From assembly GCA_001791045.1 (NCBI GenBank), contig MGDT01000007.1, positions 60,872 to 120,572 of the forward strand: a DNA stretch of 59,701 nt, written 5' to 3'. This DNA comes from Candidatus Uhrbacteria bacterium RIFCSPHIGHO2_01_FULL_63_20. GTDB lineage: Bacteria; Patescibacteriota; Patescibacteriia; UBA9934; GWF2-40-263. A program made the translations under genes and the position numbers. Numbering within the stretch: position 1 is the first letter of the stretch; each line of letters opens with the position of its first letter. The notes under the pieces were generated by a model that did no database searches, had not been told where the DNA came from, and saw only the letters and a list, made by a program, of their open reading frames with translations. Shown piece after piece: positions 1 to 8,743 of this stretch.

Positions 1-3000
1 AAAACATCGTCGTCACCAACGGCGCTTCGACTGCCACCAAGGGCGACGTCACGACGGCCGGCACCGTGGAGTGTTTCGGCAGCTTTGCCACGGCCGGGAA
101 CGTGACCGTACCGACCACGTTGAACACGGTCGGGGGGAATGGCACGTCCACGCTCACCGTCGACCTGGCCGACCAGCCTGCCGGGTACATGAACGCCAGC
201 TCGACCACGGAGCCCAGCGGCGTATTCACGCCCGTGGCGTGCGCCACAGTGGCCGACGCGGCGTCGAACCAGGTGAACGCGTCCGCGGCGGCGCCCACGG
301 CCACCGGCGGCGGCACGTGGGACCTCACGAAACCGACGATCAGTTCGGTCGCCATCGCGGACGCGACGGATGACAACGGGAAGGTCGACCAGGCGACCGT
401 GACGTTCGACTCCGCGGTGCGCGACGCGAACATCACCGACGGCGACGGATCGCTCGCCGGCGCGGCCGGGGCGTTCACGACCGGCACGGCGGACGACGAT
501 ACCACCACGTTCGACCGAACCCTCGACACCGCAGCCGTGGACACGTCCGCGACGGCCGCCCAATTCAATTATTCCGGAGCGACGACGTTCATCACGGACC
601 TTGCGGGAAACCTTCTCAATACGGCGACGGACGGCACGATCGCCGACGGCGACGTCGTGGAAACCGATGGGGCGGAGCCGATCCTGACCAGCGTGACGCT
701 CGCTTATTCAGGCGGAAAGAACAGGGTCACTTTCGGGTATTCGGAAAACATCACCTTGGCGGGCGGCGACGGGGCTTCCACGACCTTGGTCGGGAACATC
801 ACGACCGCGGGGACGGTCGCCGGGTTCGGCTCGTTCGATACCGCTGGGGATGCCACGGTCCAGACCACGATGAACAGCGTGTCCGGATCCGGGACGTCCT
901 CGATCCTCGTCATCCTGGCCGGAGAGACGGGCGGGCTGATCTCGACGGTTTCAGATCCGGGCACGGAGCCGTCAGGCCCCTTCTCCTCGACCTCCGTCGG
1001 GTCCGTCAAGGACAGCGCCAGCAATTCCGTGAATTCGTCCGCAGCGGATGTCGCGCCTACGGGCGGAGGCTCGTGGGACCTGACCGATCCCACCGCACCG
1101 GCCGTGGCGAACCTGCAGGCGGGCAGCGACAGCGGCGCAAGCGACGCGGACGACGTCACCAACGAGACGACGCCGACCTTCGATATCGGTTCGATCGAGA
1201 CGGGCGCTGCCGTGAACCTGATTTCCGACGTGGACGGGACCATCGGTACCGGGACGGAGACGGCCAATGCTTCCACCATCACCTCAAGCGTGCTCACCGG
1301 AGGCGACGCGGGTACGGCCCATGACATCACCTCGACGCAGGTGGATACGGCCGGCAATGAGTCCGTAGCGTCGGCGGCCTTGAGCGTCACCATCGACACC
1401 GGCGTGGCCGCCGCCCCTGGCGTGCCGGATTTGACCGCCGGCACGGACACGGGTTCCTCGGACACCGACGACCTGACGAACGACACGACGCCGGACTTCG
1501 ACATCGTGGCCGGCGAGACCGGTTCCACCATCAACCTGATCTCCGACGTGGACGGCGCGCAGGGAAGCGCCGCCGAATCCGGCGGCACGGCCACCATCAC
1601 CGCCGGCGGCCTGACCGGGTCTGCCACGGGAACGGTCCACAGCATTACCGCCACGGAAACGGACCTTGCCGGCAACGTCTCCGGTTCCTCCGCCGGACTG
1701 TCGGTCACCGTTGACAATGCGGCGCCTGAAATAACGGCCGCTGAAATGCAGGATACGGATGACGACGGAACCCTCGACGAGATCGTCCTGACCCTCGACG
1801 AGGTGCTCGACGACTCGGTGTCCGGCACCAACGGGTTCGACGCCACCTCGCTCGCCGACCACGGCAGCTGCACGGGGGAGGATGCGGATCCGGACGGCAC
1901 CACGACGCTTTCCGTGGTATTCGCCTGCACGGTCGCGTACACGGCCGTGGGAGACCTCACGCTCGACCTCGTGGCCAACGCCGGCGTCGCTGACGCGGCG
2001 GGCAACCAGGTCGCGACCGTGACGCTTGATAGCGGTTCGGTTCCGGCCATTACGGACGGCGCCGCGCCGGTCATCGTGAGCTCGACCCCGGCGGACGGCG
2101 CCACGGGCGTGTCTCGCACGGCGGACTTCACCTTCACGTTCTCGGAACCGATGGACGAGGCCACCACCGAGGCCGCCTTCTCCCTCACGCCTGCCGCGGG
2201 CGTCAACGCGTTCTCCTGGGACGGCACGAGCGAGACGCTCACCGTGAATCCGGCGAGCACGCTTGCGGCGAACACGGCTTACGACATCGACTTCGGCGGC
2301 CCCGCGGAGTCCGCCGCCCTCGGGGATCCGGACATGGACGCCGTCACCATCGGCTTCACGACCGCCAGCAGCGGCGGCGGCGGGGGAGGCGGAGGCTCTA
2401 CGACCGCGCCATCCACCACGCCAACGCTCGACCTTACGGCACCTTCCGGCACCGTGACGGCTGGCAGCGCGGCTTCCGTGATCTGGACCGTCGGCGGTTC
2501 GGGCATCAGTAACATGGAGCTGCGATATTCGGCCGACGGCGGCATCTCGACGACGCTCATCGCGACCGGCTTGGACAAGACCCTCCCGTATTCCTGGCTG
2601 ATTCCCGCGTCGTTGCAAGGAAACGTCATCCTGTACGCGAAAGGCCGCGACAGCGGCGGCGCGTACCTCGCGACCGACCAGGCGACGCTCACGGTCGCGC
2701 CGGCCTCCGCGGAACCGCCTCCGGCCGCCCTCTCCGACGGAAACCTTCCGACGCTCTCCACCCTGACCGACGAACAGGCCGGCATCACGCGCAACGAGGA
2801 AGGCAGGCGCGTGGCTCCGGACAGCGGCACCGCCGGCCCCTCCCCGGTTTCGGGCGTCCTCGAGCCCATCTCCGTGGTCCGCCCCGGACAGCTCGTGCGC
2901 GGTAACTCGTATCCCACCATCTATCTCGTCACCGACGACCTCAAGCGCCATCCGCTTTGGGACGCGACGACCTACTTCACCTGGACCGACAGCTGGGACC

Positions 3001-3614
3001 GGGTGGTGTGGGTGACCGACGCGACGCTCGCGACGCTCCCGCTCTCCTCCCCCCTGCTGCCCAAGCCCGGCGTGGTGCTCGTGAAGATCCAGAGCGATTC
3101 CAACGTGTACGCCGTGGATGCCAACGACGGGATTACCTACCAGCTGCGGTGGGTACCGACGGAGGACATCGCCGTAAACCTGTACGGCGGCGCCTGGGCC
3201 GACTACGTGATCGACGTCGAGCCGACCACGCTGGCCCGATACGACGACGGAGCGGACATGACCTCGTCGGTCGTCGTCAATCGTTCGATCATGAAGACCC
3301 GAGCCCAGCTTGCCGCGCTCGTCGCTGGCACCGTCCAGTCGACCGCGGTCGTGCGACCGCCGACCGCCGAGTGCACGCTTTCCGTCCGCATCGACCGCTC
3401 ACTCGGGACCGGTTCCTCGGGTACGGACGTGCTCGCAATGCAGGAGCTTCTGCGATGCCTCGGCTCATTCCCGACGAGCGTCGCGCCGAACGGCAATTAT
3501 GGCCCGACGACCGAGGCCGCCGTCAAGGATTTCCAGGCCGACAACGGCCTCGACACGCTCGGGCTCGTGGGGCCTGCCACGCGCGACGCGCTCAACGCGT
3601 ATCTCGGCACTTGA
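1..3614 (+). CDS. Large secreted/cell-surface protein, 5' end cut by the window edge. Tandem bacterial Ig-like domains, a poly-Gly linker and a C-terminal peptidoglycan-binding (PG_binding_1-like) domain.
   Basis: The frame is open from nt 3 and continues the same G/T/A/D-rich pattern seen downstream (GTV..FGSF.TAG recurs). Two adjacent ~95-aa repeats carry SD(A/T)DD(V/L)TN(E/D)TTP(T/D)FDI. There is a G8 run. The C-terminal LAMQELLRCLG...NYGPTTEAAVKDFQADNGL...GPATRDAL matches the PG-binding pattern. TGA at 3612-3614. Confidence 0.8.
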   Translation, partial: NIVVTNGASTATKGDVTTAGTVECFGSFATAGNVTVPTTLNTVGGNGTSTLTVDLADQPAGYMNASSTTEPSGVFTPVACATVADAASNQVNASAAAPTATGGGTWDLTKPTISSVAIADATDDNGKVDQATVTFDSAVRDANITDGDGSLAGAAGAFTTGTADDDTTTFDRTLDTAAVDTSATAAQFNYSGATTFITDLAGNLLNTATDGTIADGDVVETDGAEPILTSVTLAYSGGKNRVTFGYSENITLAGGDGASTTLVGNITTAGTVAGFGSFDTAGDATVQTTMNSVSGSGTSSILVILAGETGGLISTVSDPGTEPSGPFSSTSVGSVKDSASNSVNSSAADVAPTGGGSWDLTDPTAPAVANLQAGSDSGASDADDVTNETTPTFDIGSIETGAAVNLISDVDGTIGTGTETANASTITSSVLTGGDAGTAHDITSTQVDTAGNESVASAALSVTIDTGVAAAPGVPDLTAGTDTGSSDTDDLTNDTTPDFDIVAGETGSTINLISDVDGAQGSAAESGGTATITAGGLTGSATGTVHSITATETDLAGNVSGSSAGLSVTVDNAAPEITAAEMQDTDDDGTLDEIVLTLDEVLDDSVSGTNGFDATSLADHGSCTGEDADPDGTTTLSVVFACTVAYTAVGDLTLDLVANAGVADAAGNQVATVTLDSGSVPAITDGAAPVIVSSTPADGATGVSRTADFTFTFSEPMDEATTEAAFSLTPAAGVNAFSWDGTSETLTVNPASTLAANTAYDIDFGGPAESAALGDPDMDAVTIGFTTASSGGGGGGGGSTTAPSTTPTLDLTAPSGTVTAGSAASVIWTVGGSGISNMELRYSADGGISTTLIATGLDKTLPYSWLIPASLQGNVILYAKGRDSGGAYLATDQATLTVAPASAEPPPAALSDGNLPTLSTLTDEQAGITRNEEGRRVAPDSGTAGPSPVSGVLEPISVVRPGQLVRGNSYPTIYLVTDDLKRHPLWDATTYFTWTDSWDRVVWVTDATLATLPLSSPLLPKPGVVLVKIQSDSNVYAVDANDGITYQLRWVPTEDIAVNLYGGAWADYVIDVEPTTLARYDDGADMTSSVVVNRSIMKTRAQLAALVAGTVQSTAVVRPPTAECTLSVRIDRSLGTGSSGTDVLAMQELLRCLGSFPTSVAPNGNYGPTTEAAVKDFQADNGLDTLGLVGPATRDALNAYLGT
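1110..1715 (+). repeat. Two tandem Ig-like domain repeats inside the surface protein (about 1110-1397 and 1428-1715)
   Basis: Protein-level repeat: NLQAGSDSGASDADDVTNETTPTFDI...SVTID versus DLTAGTDTGSSDTDDLTNDTTPDFDI...SVTVD. Confidence 0.8.
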
Positions 3615-3629
3615 CGGTCATGAAGCGGG

Positions 3630-3660
3630 AACGCCGGCCACTGCGGCCGGCGTTTCGTTT
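3630..3660 (+). terminator. Rho-independent terminator after the surface protein gene
   Basis: Perfect 10-bp stem aacgccggcc/ggccggcgtt (3630-3639 / 3645-3654), 5-nt loop, then tcgttt. Confidence 0.7.
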
Positions 3661-3669
3661 CCACGACAC

Positions 3670-3698
3670 TTGAAAGTTTCCATCAGGTCTGATATCTT
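3670..3698 (+). promoter_or_regulatory. Candidate sigma70-type promoter for tRNA-Glu
   Basis: TTGAAA (3670-3675), 17-nt spacer, TATCTT (3693-3698). The tRNA starts at 3712. Confidence 0.4.
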
Positions 3699-3711
3699 TC
3701 CGCCACGTCGA

Positions 3712-3786
3712 GGCCCCATCGTCTAACGGTCAGGACGCTAGGTTCTCATCCTGGAAATCGGGGTTCGATTCCCCGTGGGGTCACCA
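3712..3786 (+). tRNA. tRNA-Glu (anticodon CTC), CCA encoded
   Basis: Manual cloverleaf: acceptor GGCCCCA/TGGGGTC, D stem GTCT/GGAC, anticodon stem CTAGG/CCTGG with loop TTCTCAT, T arm CGGGG-TTCGATT-CCCCG, 3' ACCA. 75 nt. Confidence 0.9.
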
Positions 3787-3816
3787 AAAACAGCTGCCGA
3801 TTGGCGGCTGTTTTTG
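3787..3816 (+). terminator. Rho-independent terminator after tRNA-Glu
   Basis: aaaaa-cagctgcc-gatt-ggcggctg-ttttt. Confidence 0.75.
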
Positions 3817-3870
3817 ACTACTTGACGCCATGCCGGGGCATGCTTAGATGCTTCCATTAACCGCCATGCT

Positions 3871-5025
3871 ATGGATTTGCTCCCCAAGGACCTCCCGCTC
3901 CTGATCGCCGAAGACCCGCACGAGAGACACCATCACGGGAACGCCCCGCGCTTGCTCCCGTTCATCCTCGGGGCGCTCGTCGTGCTCGTCGCCGCGTTCG
4001 TGCTCGCGACCCAGCACGGGCTCGCCTCCTCGGGCGAGATCGCCTACGCCGGGGAGGGAGCGCAGCGGTACGCCGAAGGGACCGGCTGGGTGGATGCCGA
4101 GGAAGGGGACAAGGTGATTTCCGGCACGCGGTTGCGTACGCGGGGCGGACGCGTGAGCGTAAGCGTGGGCGACGGGTCCGCGCTGCGACTGGACGCGGAG
4201 AGCGAAGTGACCGTGGTGGCGCTCGCGCGCGACCGACTGCTCGTCGAGCTTGAAGGGGGCCGCGCGTACAGCCGCGTGGAGGCCGGGTCGGGTTGGGAGG
4301 TGAAGGCGCTCGGCGCGTCGGTGAAGGCGCTCGGGACCGCGTTTTCCGTGTCCGCGGACGAAGCCAGGAACCGCGTGGGCGTGGACGTGCTCTCCGGCAC
4401 GGTGAAGCTCACGGCGCGCGCGGCGGACGCGGCCGTGGAACGGGAAGTGGCCGAAGGGCAGTTCCTGGCCGTGGATCTGGACAAACCGGCGCTCACGGCG
4501 CTCGCGCAGGCACCTATCAAGCCCGCGGACGCCAAGAAGGACCCGTTCCTGGGCTGGAACATCGAGGAGGACGGCAAGATGGGGTCGTTGTTCGCCATCT
4601 TCGACCCGACTGCGCCCGTGGCCCAGGCCGCTCCCACCGCGATTCCGGTCGCGCCGAAGCCGTCTGTGAAACCAGCGGCTTCGATCACGAAAACCACCAC
4701 CACGGCGAAGGCCACGACCGTGACGAAGGTGAACCCGGTCTCCTCCGAGCTGCGGCTCACGGCCGTCCCGACGCCCGACGGGATCAACCTGCAATGGACC
4801 AAGAGCTCGACCGCCGGGTTCCAGGGGTACAAGGTGGTCCGGTCCGAGGACAATCCCGACCCGTACTACCCGGGCGACGGCTACATCCGGTTCGCCACCG
4901 ACCGGTCGAACACCGCCTACCTCGACACCGGCGCGGTGCGAGGGAAGACCTACCATTATCGCGTCTGCCGGCTTGCCGCGGACGCGCCCGTGAGCTGCGG
5001 GAACGTGGTCAACGTGACGTTCTAA
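3871..5025 (+). CDS. FecR-domain membrane protein with a C-terminal fibronectin-III-like domain
   Basis: N-terminal TM helix (LLPFILGALVVLVAAFVL). FecR-like block (GDKVISGTRLRT...VSVGDGSALRLDAESEVTV). C-terminal LQWTKSSTAGFQGYKVVRSE...YLDTGAVRGKTYHYRV. Confidence 0.65.
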   Translation: MDLLPKDLPLLIAEDPHERHHHGNAPRLLPFILGALVVLVAAFVLATQHGLASSGEIAYAGEGAQRYAEGTGWVDAEEGDKVISGTRLRTRGGRVSVSVGDGSALRLDAESEVTVVALARDRLLVELEGGRAYSRVEAGSGWEVKALGASVKALGTAFSVSADEARNRVGVDVLSGTVKLTARAADAAVEREVAEGQFLAVDLDKPALTALAQAPIKPADAKKDPFLGWNIEEDGKMGSLFAIFDPTAPVAQAAPTAIPVAPKPSVKPAASITKTTTTAKATTVTKVNPVSSELRLTAVPTPDGINLQWTKSSTAGFQGYKVVRSEDNPDPYYPGDGYIRFATDRSNTAYLDTGAVRGKTYHYRVCRLAADAPVSCGNVVNVTF

Positions 5026-5031
5026 GAAAGG

Positions 5032-5063
5032 AAAAGCCCGTCCGGAGACCCGGACGGGTTTTA
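5032..5063. terminator. Bidirectional terminator between convergent genes
   Basis: gaaaag-cccgtccgg-agac-ccggacggg-tttta. Confidence 0.7.
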
Positions 5064-5837
5064 CGTTTGGCTCGGAGCCGCCTCGGCGGGAACGAGCGTC
5101 TCCACCTCTTTCTCGGCCTCCTTCATGGCCTCGTCCTTCTTCCCGATTTCCTTCAGGAGATCGTCAATCAGGCTGGAAACCTCTTTTCCCGCGTTCCCGC
5201 GTCGCAGCAGGTACCGGGATACGAAGGTGTCGTAGGCGTCCAGGCACTGGTTCACGTGCCCCTCCGCCGCGTCGCGGCGCTCGGCGAGTTCCTTGATGAC
5301 CTCGTCGACCGACGTGACGTCGCGCCCGTTGCGCCGGCGTTTTTTCGCCTCGATCCTGGTCAGGTCCGCGGCGGCCGTCCGATAGGAGGACAGCTCGGAG
5401 GCGAGCGCCTCGCGCACGCGATCGAGCTTGGAGACCACCCCGCGGTCGCTCGCGGCGTCGGCCAAGGCAAGCACCTCGGCTTCCATCCTTGACGCGTACG
5501 CCATGATCTTCGGGTCCGGGAGGATCGGCCACACCATCGGCGTCCGGTCGCTGACCGGGACCGGAAGTTTCGCGGCGATCTTCTTCGCGAGGAATCGCAC
5601 GACCAGCATGGTGAGCATCGCGAGCGGCATCCCGACCAACGTCGGTACCCCTCCGATTCCCAGGAAGGCCTGGCCGACCACGGCGATGACGATGCTCGCG
5701 CCGCCCAGGAGGCCCGTGATGGACCATTCGAGATGACGGAGCGCCGTCCGTTCCTTCTTGAACTGCGCGTCGAGATCGTCGCGTTGCTGCCTCGTCAGGG
5801 CCGTGGACGGCTCAGGCGAAGGCTTGTCATCCGCCAT
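5061..5837 (-). CDS. Hypothetical membrane / coiled-coil protein
   Basis: The ATG at 5837 is preceded by an AAGGAG-type RBS (reverse complement of gggtactccttttt). Two predicted TM helices, then a charged helical C-terminus. GC3-rich. Confidence 0.6.
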   Translation of the reverse strand: MADDKPSPEPSTALTRQQRDDLDAQFKKERTALRHLEWSITGLLGGASIVIAVVGQAFLGIGGVPTLVGMPLAMLTMLVVRFLAKKIAAKLPVPVSDRTPMVWPILPDPKIMAYASRMEAEVLALADAASDRGVVSKLDRVREALASELSSYRTAAADLTRIEAKKRRRNGRDVTSVDEVIKELAERRDAAEGHVNQCLDAYDTFVSRYLLRRGNAGKEVSSLIDDLLKEIGKKDEAMKEAEKEVETLVPAEAAPSQT

Positions 5838-5901
5838 GGGTACTCCTTTTTGCGAAGGGCTTGTCCATCCAATCATGCGACCGGCGGACGGTCAACCAAC
5901 C

Positions 5902-5910
5902 TGGTATAAT
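5902..5910 (+). promoter_or_regulatory. Extended -10 promoter (TGGTATAAT) 6 nt upstream of the antiporter ATG; leaderless-type
   Basis: TG-n-TATAAT at 5902-5910, ATG at 5917, no SD in between. Confidence 0.55.
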
Positions 5911-5916
5911 GCCCGC

Positions 5917-7605
5917 ATGATCCTGGAGGACATCTTCTTGCAAGCCGGCGCCATCATCGTGCTGGCCGCGGCGCTGTCGTTCGCCGCGTACCGGTTGCGC
6001 CAGCCGCTCATCATGGCCTACGTGGTGGCCGGCGTGGTCGCCGGGCCCATGTTCGCCGTCGCGCTTGCGGACTCGCGCGGCCTGTTCGACGTCATGTCCC
6101 GGTTCGGGGTGGCGTTCTTGCTGTTTACGGTGGGGCTGGGGCTCAACTGGAAAGGGGCGCGCGAGATCGGGAAGGTGGCGCTCGCGACCGGTATCGGCCA
6201 GATCGCGTTCGTGTCGATCCTCGGATTCGCGCTCACGCGCGCGCTCGGGTTCGACCTCGTCACCGCGGCGTACGTCGCGGTGGCCACGTCGTTCTCGAGC
6301 ACGATCGTCGTGGTGAAGCTGCTCTCGGACAAGGACGATCTCGATTCGCTCTACGGCCGGGTGAGCGTCGGGTTCCTGCTCGTGCAGGATTTCATCGCCA
6401 TGCTGGCGCTGCTCGCGCTCGGGGCGTTCGGCTCGGGAGCGGGCTTGGAAGCGGCGCTCGTGTCGACGTTCGTGAAGGGGTTGATCGCGTTGCCCGTGCT
6501 GTGGCTCGTCGCCACGCGCCTCGCGCCGAGCGTGGTGGCGTATGCCGCGAAAAGCCAGGAATTGCTGTTCGTGTTCGCCCTCGCCTGGTGCTTTCTCGTG
6601 GCCGGCGCGCTCAATTGGCTGGGGTTCGGGATCGAACTGGGCGCGCTCATCGCCGGGATCACGCTTTCGGGAAGCCCGTTCGTGACCGAAATCGCGGCTC
6701 GCGTGAGGCCCATCCGCGATTTCTTCCTGGTCGCGTTCTTCATCATGCTCGGGACGCATCTGGATCCCGGCCTTCTCACGGGCAAATGGCCATCCGTGGC
6801 CGCGTTCAGCGCGTTCGTGCTCCTTGGCAGCCCCGTCGTGATGACGCTCATCATGCGCGTCCTCGGCTATCACCCGCGCACCGGGTTCATGACCGGCACC
6901 ACGGTCGCGCAAGTGTCCGAATTCTCCTACATCATCATCGCGCTGGGGGTGGCGCTCGGGCACATCGCCCCCGAGACGCTCGCGTTCGTGACGGCCGTGG
7001 GGCTCGTCACCATCGCCGGGAGCAGCTATCTCATCGAGTTCAACGAGACGTTATACGACCGCCTGCGCCCGCTCATGCGCTGGCTCGAACCGCGCGCGGG
7101 AGCGCCGGAAGGGAAGGGACGGCCGCCCGGGCCGCCGCAGGTGCTCTTGTTCGGGTTCCACCGCGTGGGCGTGCACGCGTTGCGCGCGCTCCGGTCCATG
7201 CGTCGGCGGTACCTGATCGCGGACTTCGATCCGGACGTGGTGAAGAGACTGTCGGAGTCCGGCGAGCCGGTCGTGTACGGAGACGTGTCCGACGAACGGT
7301 TCCTCGAGGAGCTGCATGCCGCGAAGGCCGGGACCATCATTTCCACCGTCCCCGACGCGGACGTGTCCATCGCGCTCCTCACGTTCCTCCGGAGCCGCGC
7401 GTTCAAAGGGTCCGCGATCGTGGCCGCCCGCACCCATGCCGAGGCCTCGCGTTGCTACGAAGCCGGCGCCACCTATGTGATCGTGCCGAACTTGCTTGGC
7501 GGGGAGCGGTTCGCCGAGATGCTCGAAAAGAGCGGGACGCGACGGCGGGAATGGGCCTCGCTTGGGGCGGAACAAAAGAAGGAGATCGAGGCCGAACGGA
7601 CGTGA
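5917..7605 (+). CDS. Cation:proton antiporter (CPA2/Kef-type) with a C-terminal RCK/TrkA-N domain
   Basis: About 12 TM helices with the typical Na_H_Exchanger pattern (AGVVAGP..., SSTIVVVKLL). C-terminal Rossmann-like LLFGFHRVG... Confidence 0.8.
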   Translation: MILEDIFLQAGAIIVLAAALSFAAYRLRQPLIMAYVVAGVVAGPMFAVALADSRGLFDVMSRFGVAFLLFTVGLGLNWKGAREIGKVALATGIGQIAFVSILGFALTRALGFDLVTAAYVAVATSFSSTIVVVKLLSDKDDLDSLYGRVSVGFLLVQDFIAMLALLALGAFGSGAGLEAALVSTFVKGLIALPVLWLVATRLAPSVVAYAAKSQELLFVFALAWCFLVAGALNWLGFGIELGALIAGITLSGSPFVTEIAARVRPIRDFFLVAFFIMLGTHLDPGLLTGKWPSVAAFSAFVLLGSPVVMTLIMRVLGYHPRTGFMTGTTVAQVSEFSYIIIALGVALGHIAPETLAFVTAVGLVTIAGSSYLIEFNETLYDRLRPLMRWLEPRAGAPEGKGRPPGPPQVLLFGFHRVGVHALRALRSMRRRYLIADFDPDVVKRLSESGEPVVYGDVSDERFLEELHAAKAGTIISTVPDADVSIALLTFLRSRAFKGSAIVAARTHAEASRCYEAGATYVIVPNLLGGERFAEMLEKSGTRRREWASLGAEQKKEIEAERT

Positions 7606-7647
7606 GACGCTTGTCCGCCCACGGAGGGTGGTCTATCCTGATGGCGT

Positions 7648-7986
7648 ATGGCAGAACGCGACAACGAGGCACGGATGATGGGCCTTTCGGAATTCAAGGA
7701 GGCCGCGGAGGCCGCGAAGGCGAAAGCGGACGCGGAAAAGGAAGCGGCAGGGAAGGAGCGTGTCGGCACCGAGGTCCGGACCATTTCGCCGCAGGAAGCG
7801 GCGCAGATCCAGGCGCAGGCACGGCAGCAGTTGGAAGAGGCACGCGCGCAGGTCGAGCGGCAGGCGGCTGCCCAGGGGCCGGACCACGGGAATCTCCGGC
7901 AGCAGGACATCCCGACCCAGGTGATCCGGCGCCCGGAGATCCCCAAAAAGAAAGGGTTCTTCGCACGCCTGTTCGGCTCCAAATAG
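7648..7986 (+). CDS. Hypothetical Ala/Glu/Gln-rich protein ending in a MinD-like amphipathic membrane-targeting helix
   Basis: 112-aa ORF. The C-terminus is KKKGFFARLFGSK. TAG stop at 7984-7986. Confidence 0.5.
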   Translation: MAERDNEARMMGLSEFKEAAEAAKAKADAEKEAAGKERVGTEVRTISPQEAAQIQAQARQQLEEARAQVERQAAAQGPDHGNLRQQDIPTQVIRRPEIPKKKGFFARLFGSK

Positions 7987-7991
7987 CCTCC

Positions 7992-8020
7992 TTGACCGCA
8001 GATGGTTAGCACTCTATAAT
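7992..8020 (+). promoter_or_regulatory. Near-consensus sigma70 promoter of the heat-shock operon
   Basis: TTGACC (7992-7997), 17-nt spacer, TATAAT (8015-8020). Confidence 0.8.
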
Positions 8021-8032
8021 CCAGAGTGCTAA
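8006..8032 (+). promoter_or_regulatory. CIRCE operator (HrcA binding site)
   Basis: Perfect TTAGCACTC-N9-GAGTGCTAA overlapping the -10 box. Confidence 0.95.
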
Positions 8033-8043
8033 TTTGTTTTCGC

Positions 8044-8742
8044 ATGGATTCTCGCCAGGAAACCATCCTCAAGCTCCTCGTCGAGGAATACATCGCGACC
8101 GCCGAGCCGGTAGGGAGCAAATGGCTCTGCGAGAAGTATCCGCTCGGGTTTTCTCCGGCGACGGTCCGTCATGAACTCGCGGCGCTCGAGGAGGAGGGAT
8201 ACGTCCGCGCTCCTCACACCTCCGCCGGCCGCATTCCGACCGAGAAGGCGTTCATCCATTACTTGAAACATTTCCTCGAGCCTGCGAGCGAGCCGACGGC
8301 CGAGGGCCGCATGCGCCGCGCGGTGAGGGAAGCGAGCGACGGGGAAGAAGCGGTGAAGACGCTCGCGAAGACCGTGGCGGATCTTTCGGGTGAGATGGCG
8401 ATCGTGGCGTTCGACCCGCGATGGAACTACCGCATCGGGTTCGGGAACCTGATGGGCAAGCCCGACTTCGCGGACCTCGAGATCATGCGCACGCTCACGG
8501 CGATGTTCGACCGGTTCGATGACATCATGAACGAGATGTACGGCCGCGCGCCGCAGTCGGCGCAGGTGCTCTTGGGCGACGAGAACCCGTTCGGCCCGGG
8601 CACGGCCTCGATCGTGGTGCGTTACGCGCATCCGAGCGGGGTGAGCGGCATCCTCGGGCTCGTCGGGCCCATGCGGATGGACTACGGGCGCAACCTCACG
8701 CTCCTCGAGACGGCCAAAGACATCCTGGACGAATCAGACTGA
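8044..8742 (+). CDS. hrcA: Heat-inducible transcription repressor HrcA (short form, 232 aa)
   Basis: N-terminal wHTH (RQETILKLLVEEYIATAEPVGSKWL...SPATVRHELAALEEEGYV..PHTSAGRIPT). Sits next to CIRCE and grpE-dnaK-dnaJ. Confidence 0.9.
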   Translation: MDSRQETILKLLVEEYIATAEPVGSKWLCEKYPLGFSPATVRHELAALEEEGYVRAPHTSAGRIPTEKAFIHYLKHFLEPASEPTAEGRMRRAVREASDGEEAVKTLAKTVADLSGEMAIVAFDPRWNYRIGFGNLMGKPDFADLEIMRTLTAMFDRFDDIMNEMYGRAPQSAQVLLGDENPFGPGTASIVVRYAHPSGVSGILGLVGPMRMDYGRNLTLLETAKDILDESD

Positions 8743-8743
8743 T

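Noticed and set aside
2368-2400. GGC/GGA-rich run encoding G8 in the surface protein, as a contingency (slippage) locus
   Set aside because: The codons are mixed (ggc ggc ggc ggg gga ggc gga ggc) rather than a pure homopolymer or microsatellite. It is more simply a flexible linker.
704-2951. Long minus-strand ORFs (704-2275, 1284-2951, 2279-2920) antisense to the surface protein gene
   Set aside because: These are typical shadow ORFs of GC-rich DNA. Their translations are Arg/Gly/Ala-rich or otherwise low-complexity, with no motifs. The plus-strand frame has clear domain repeats and a PG-binding domain.
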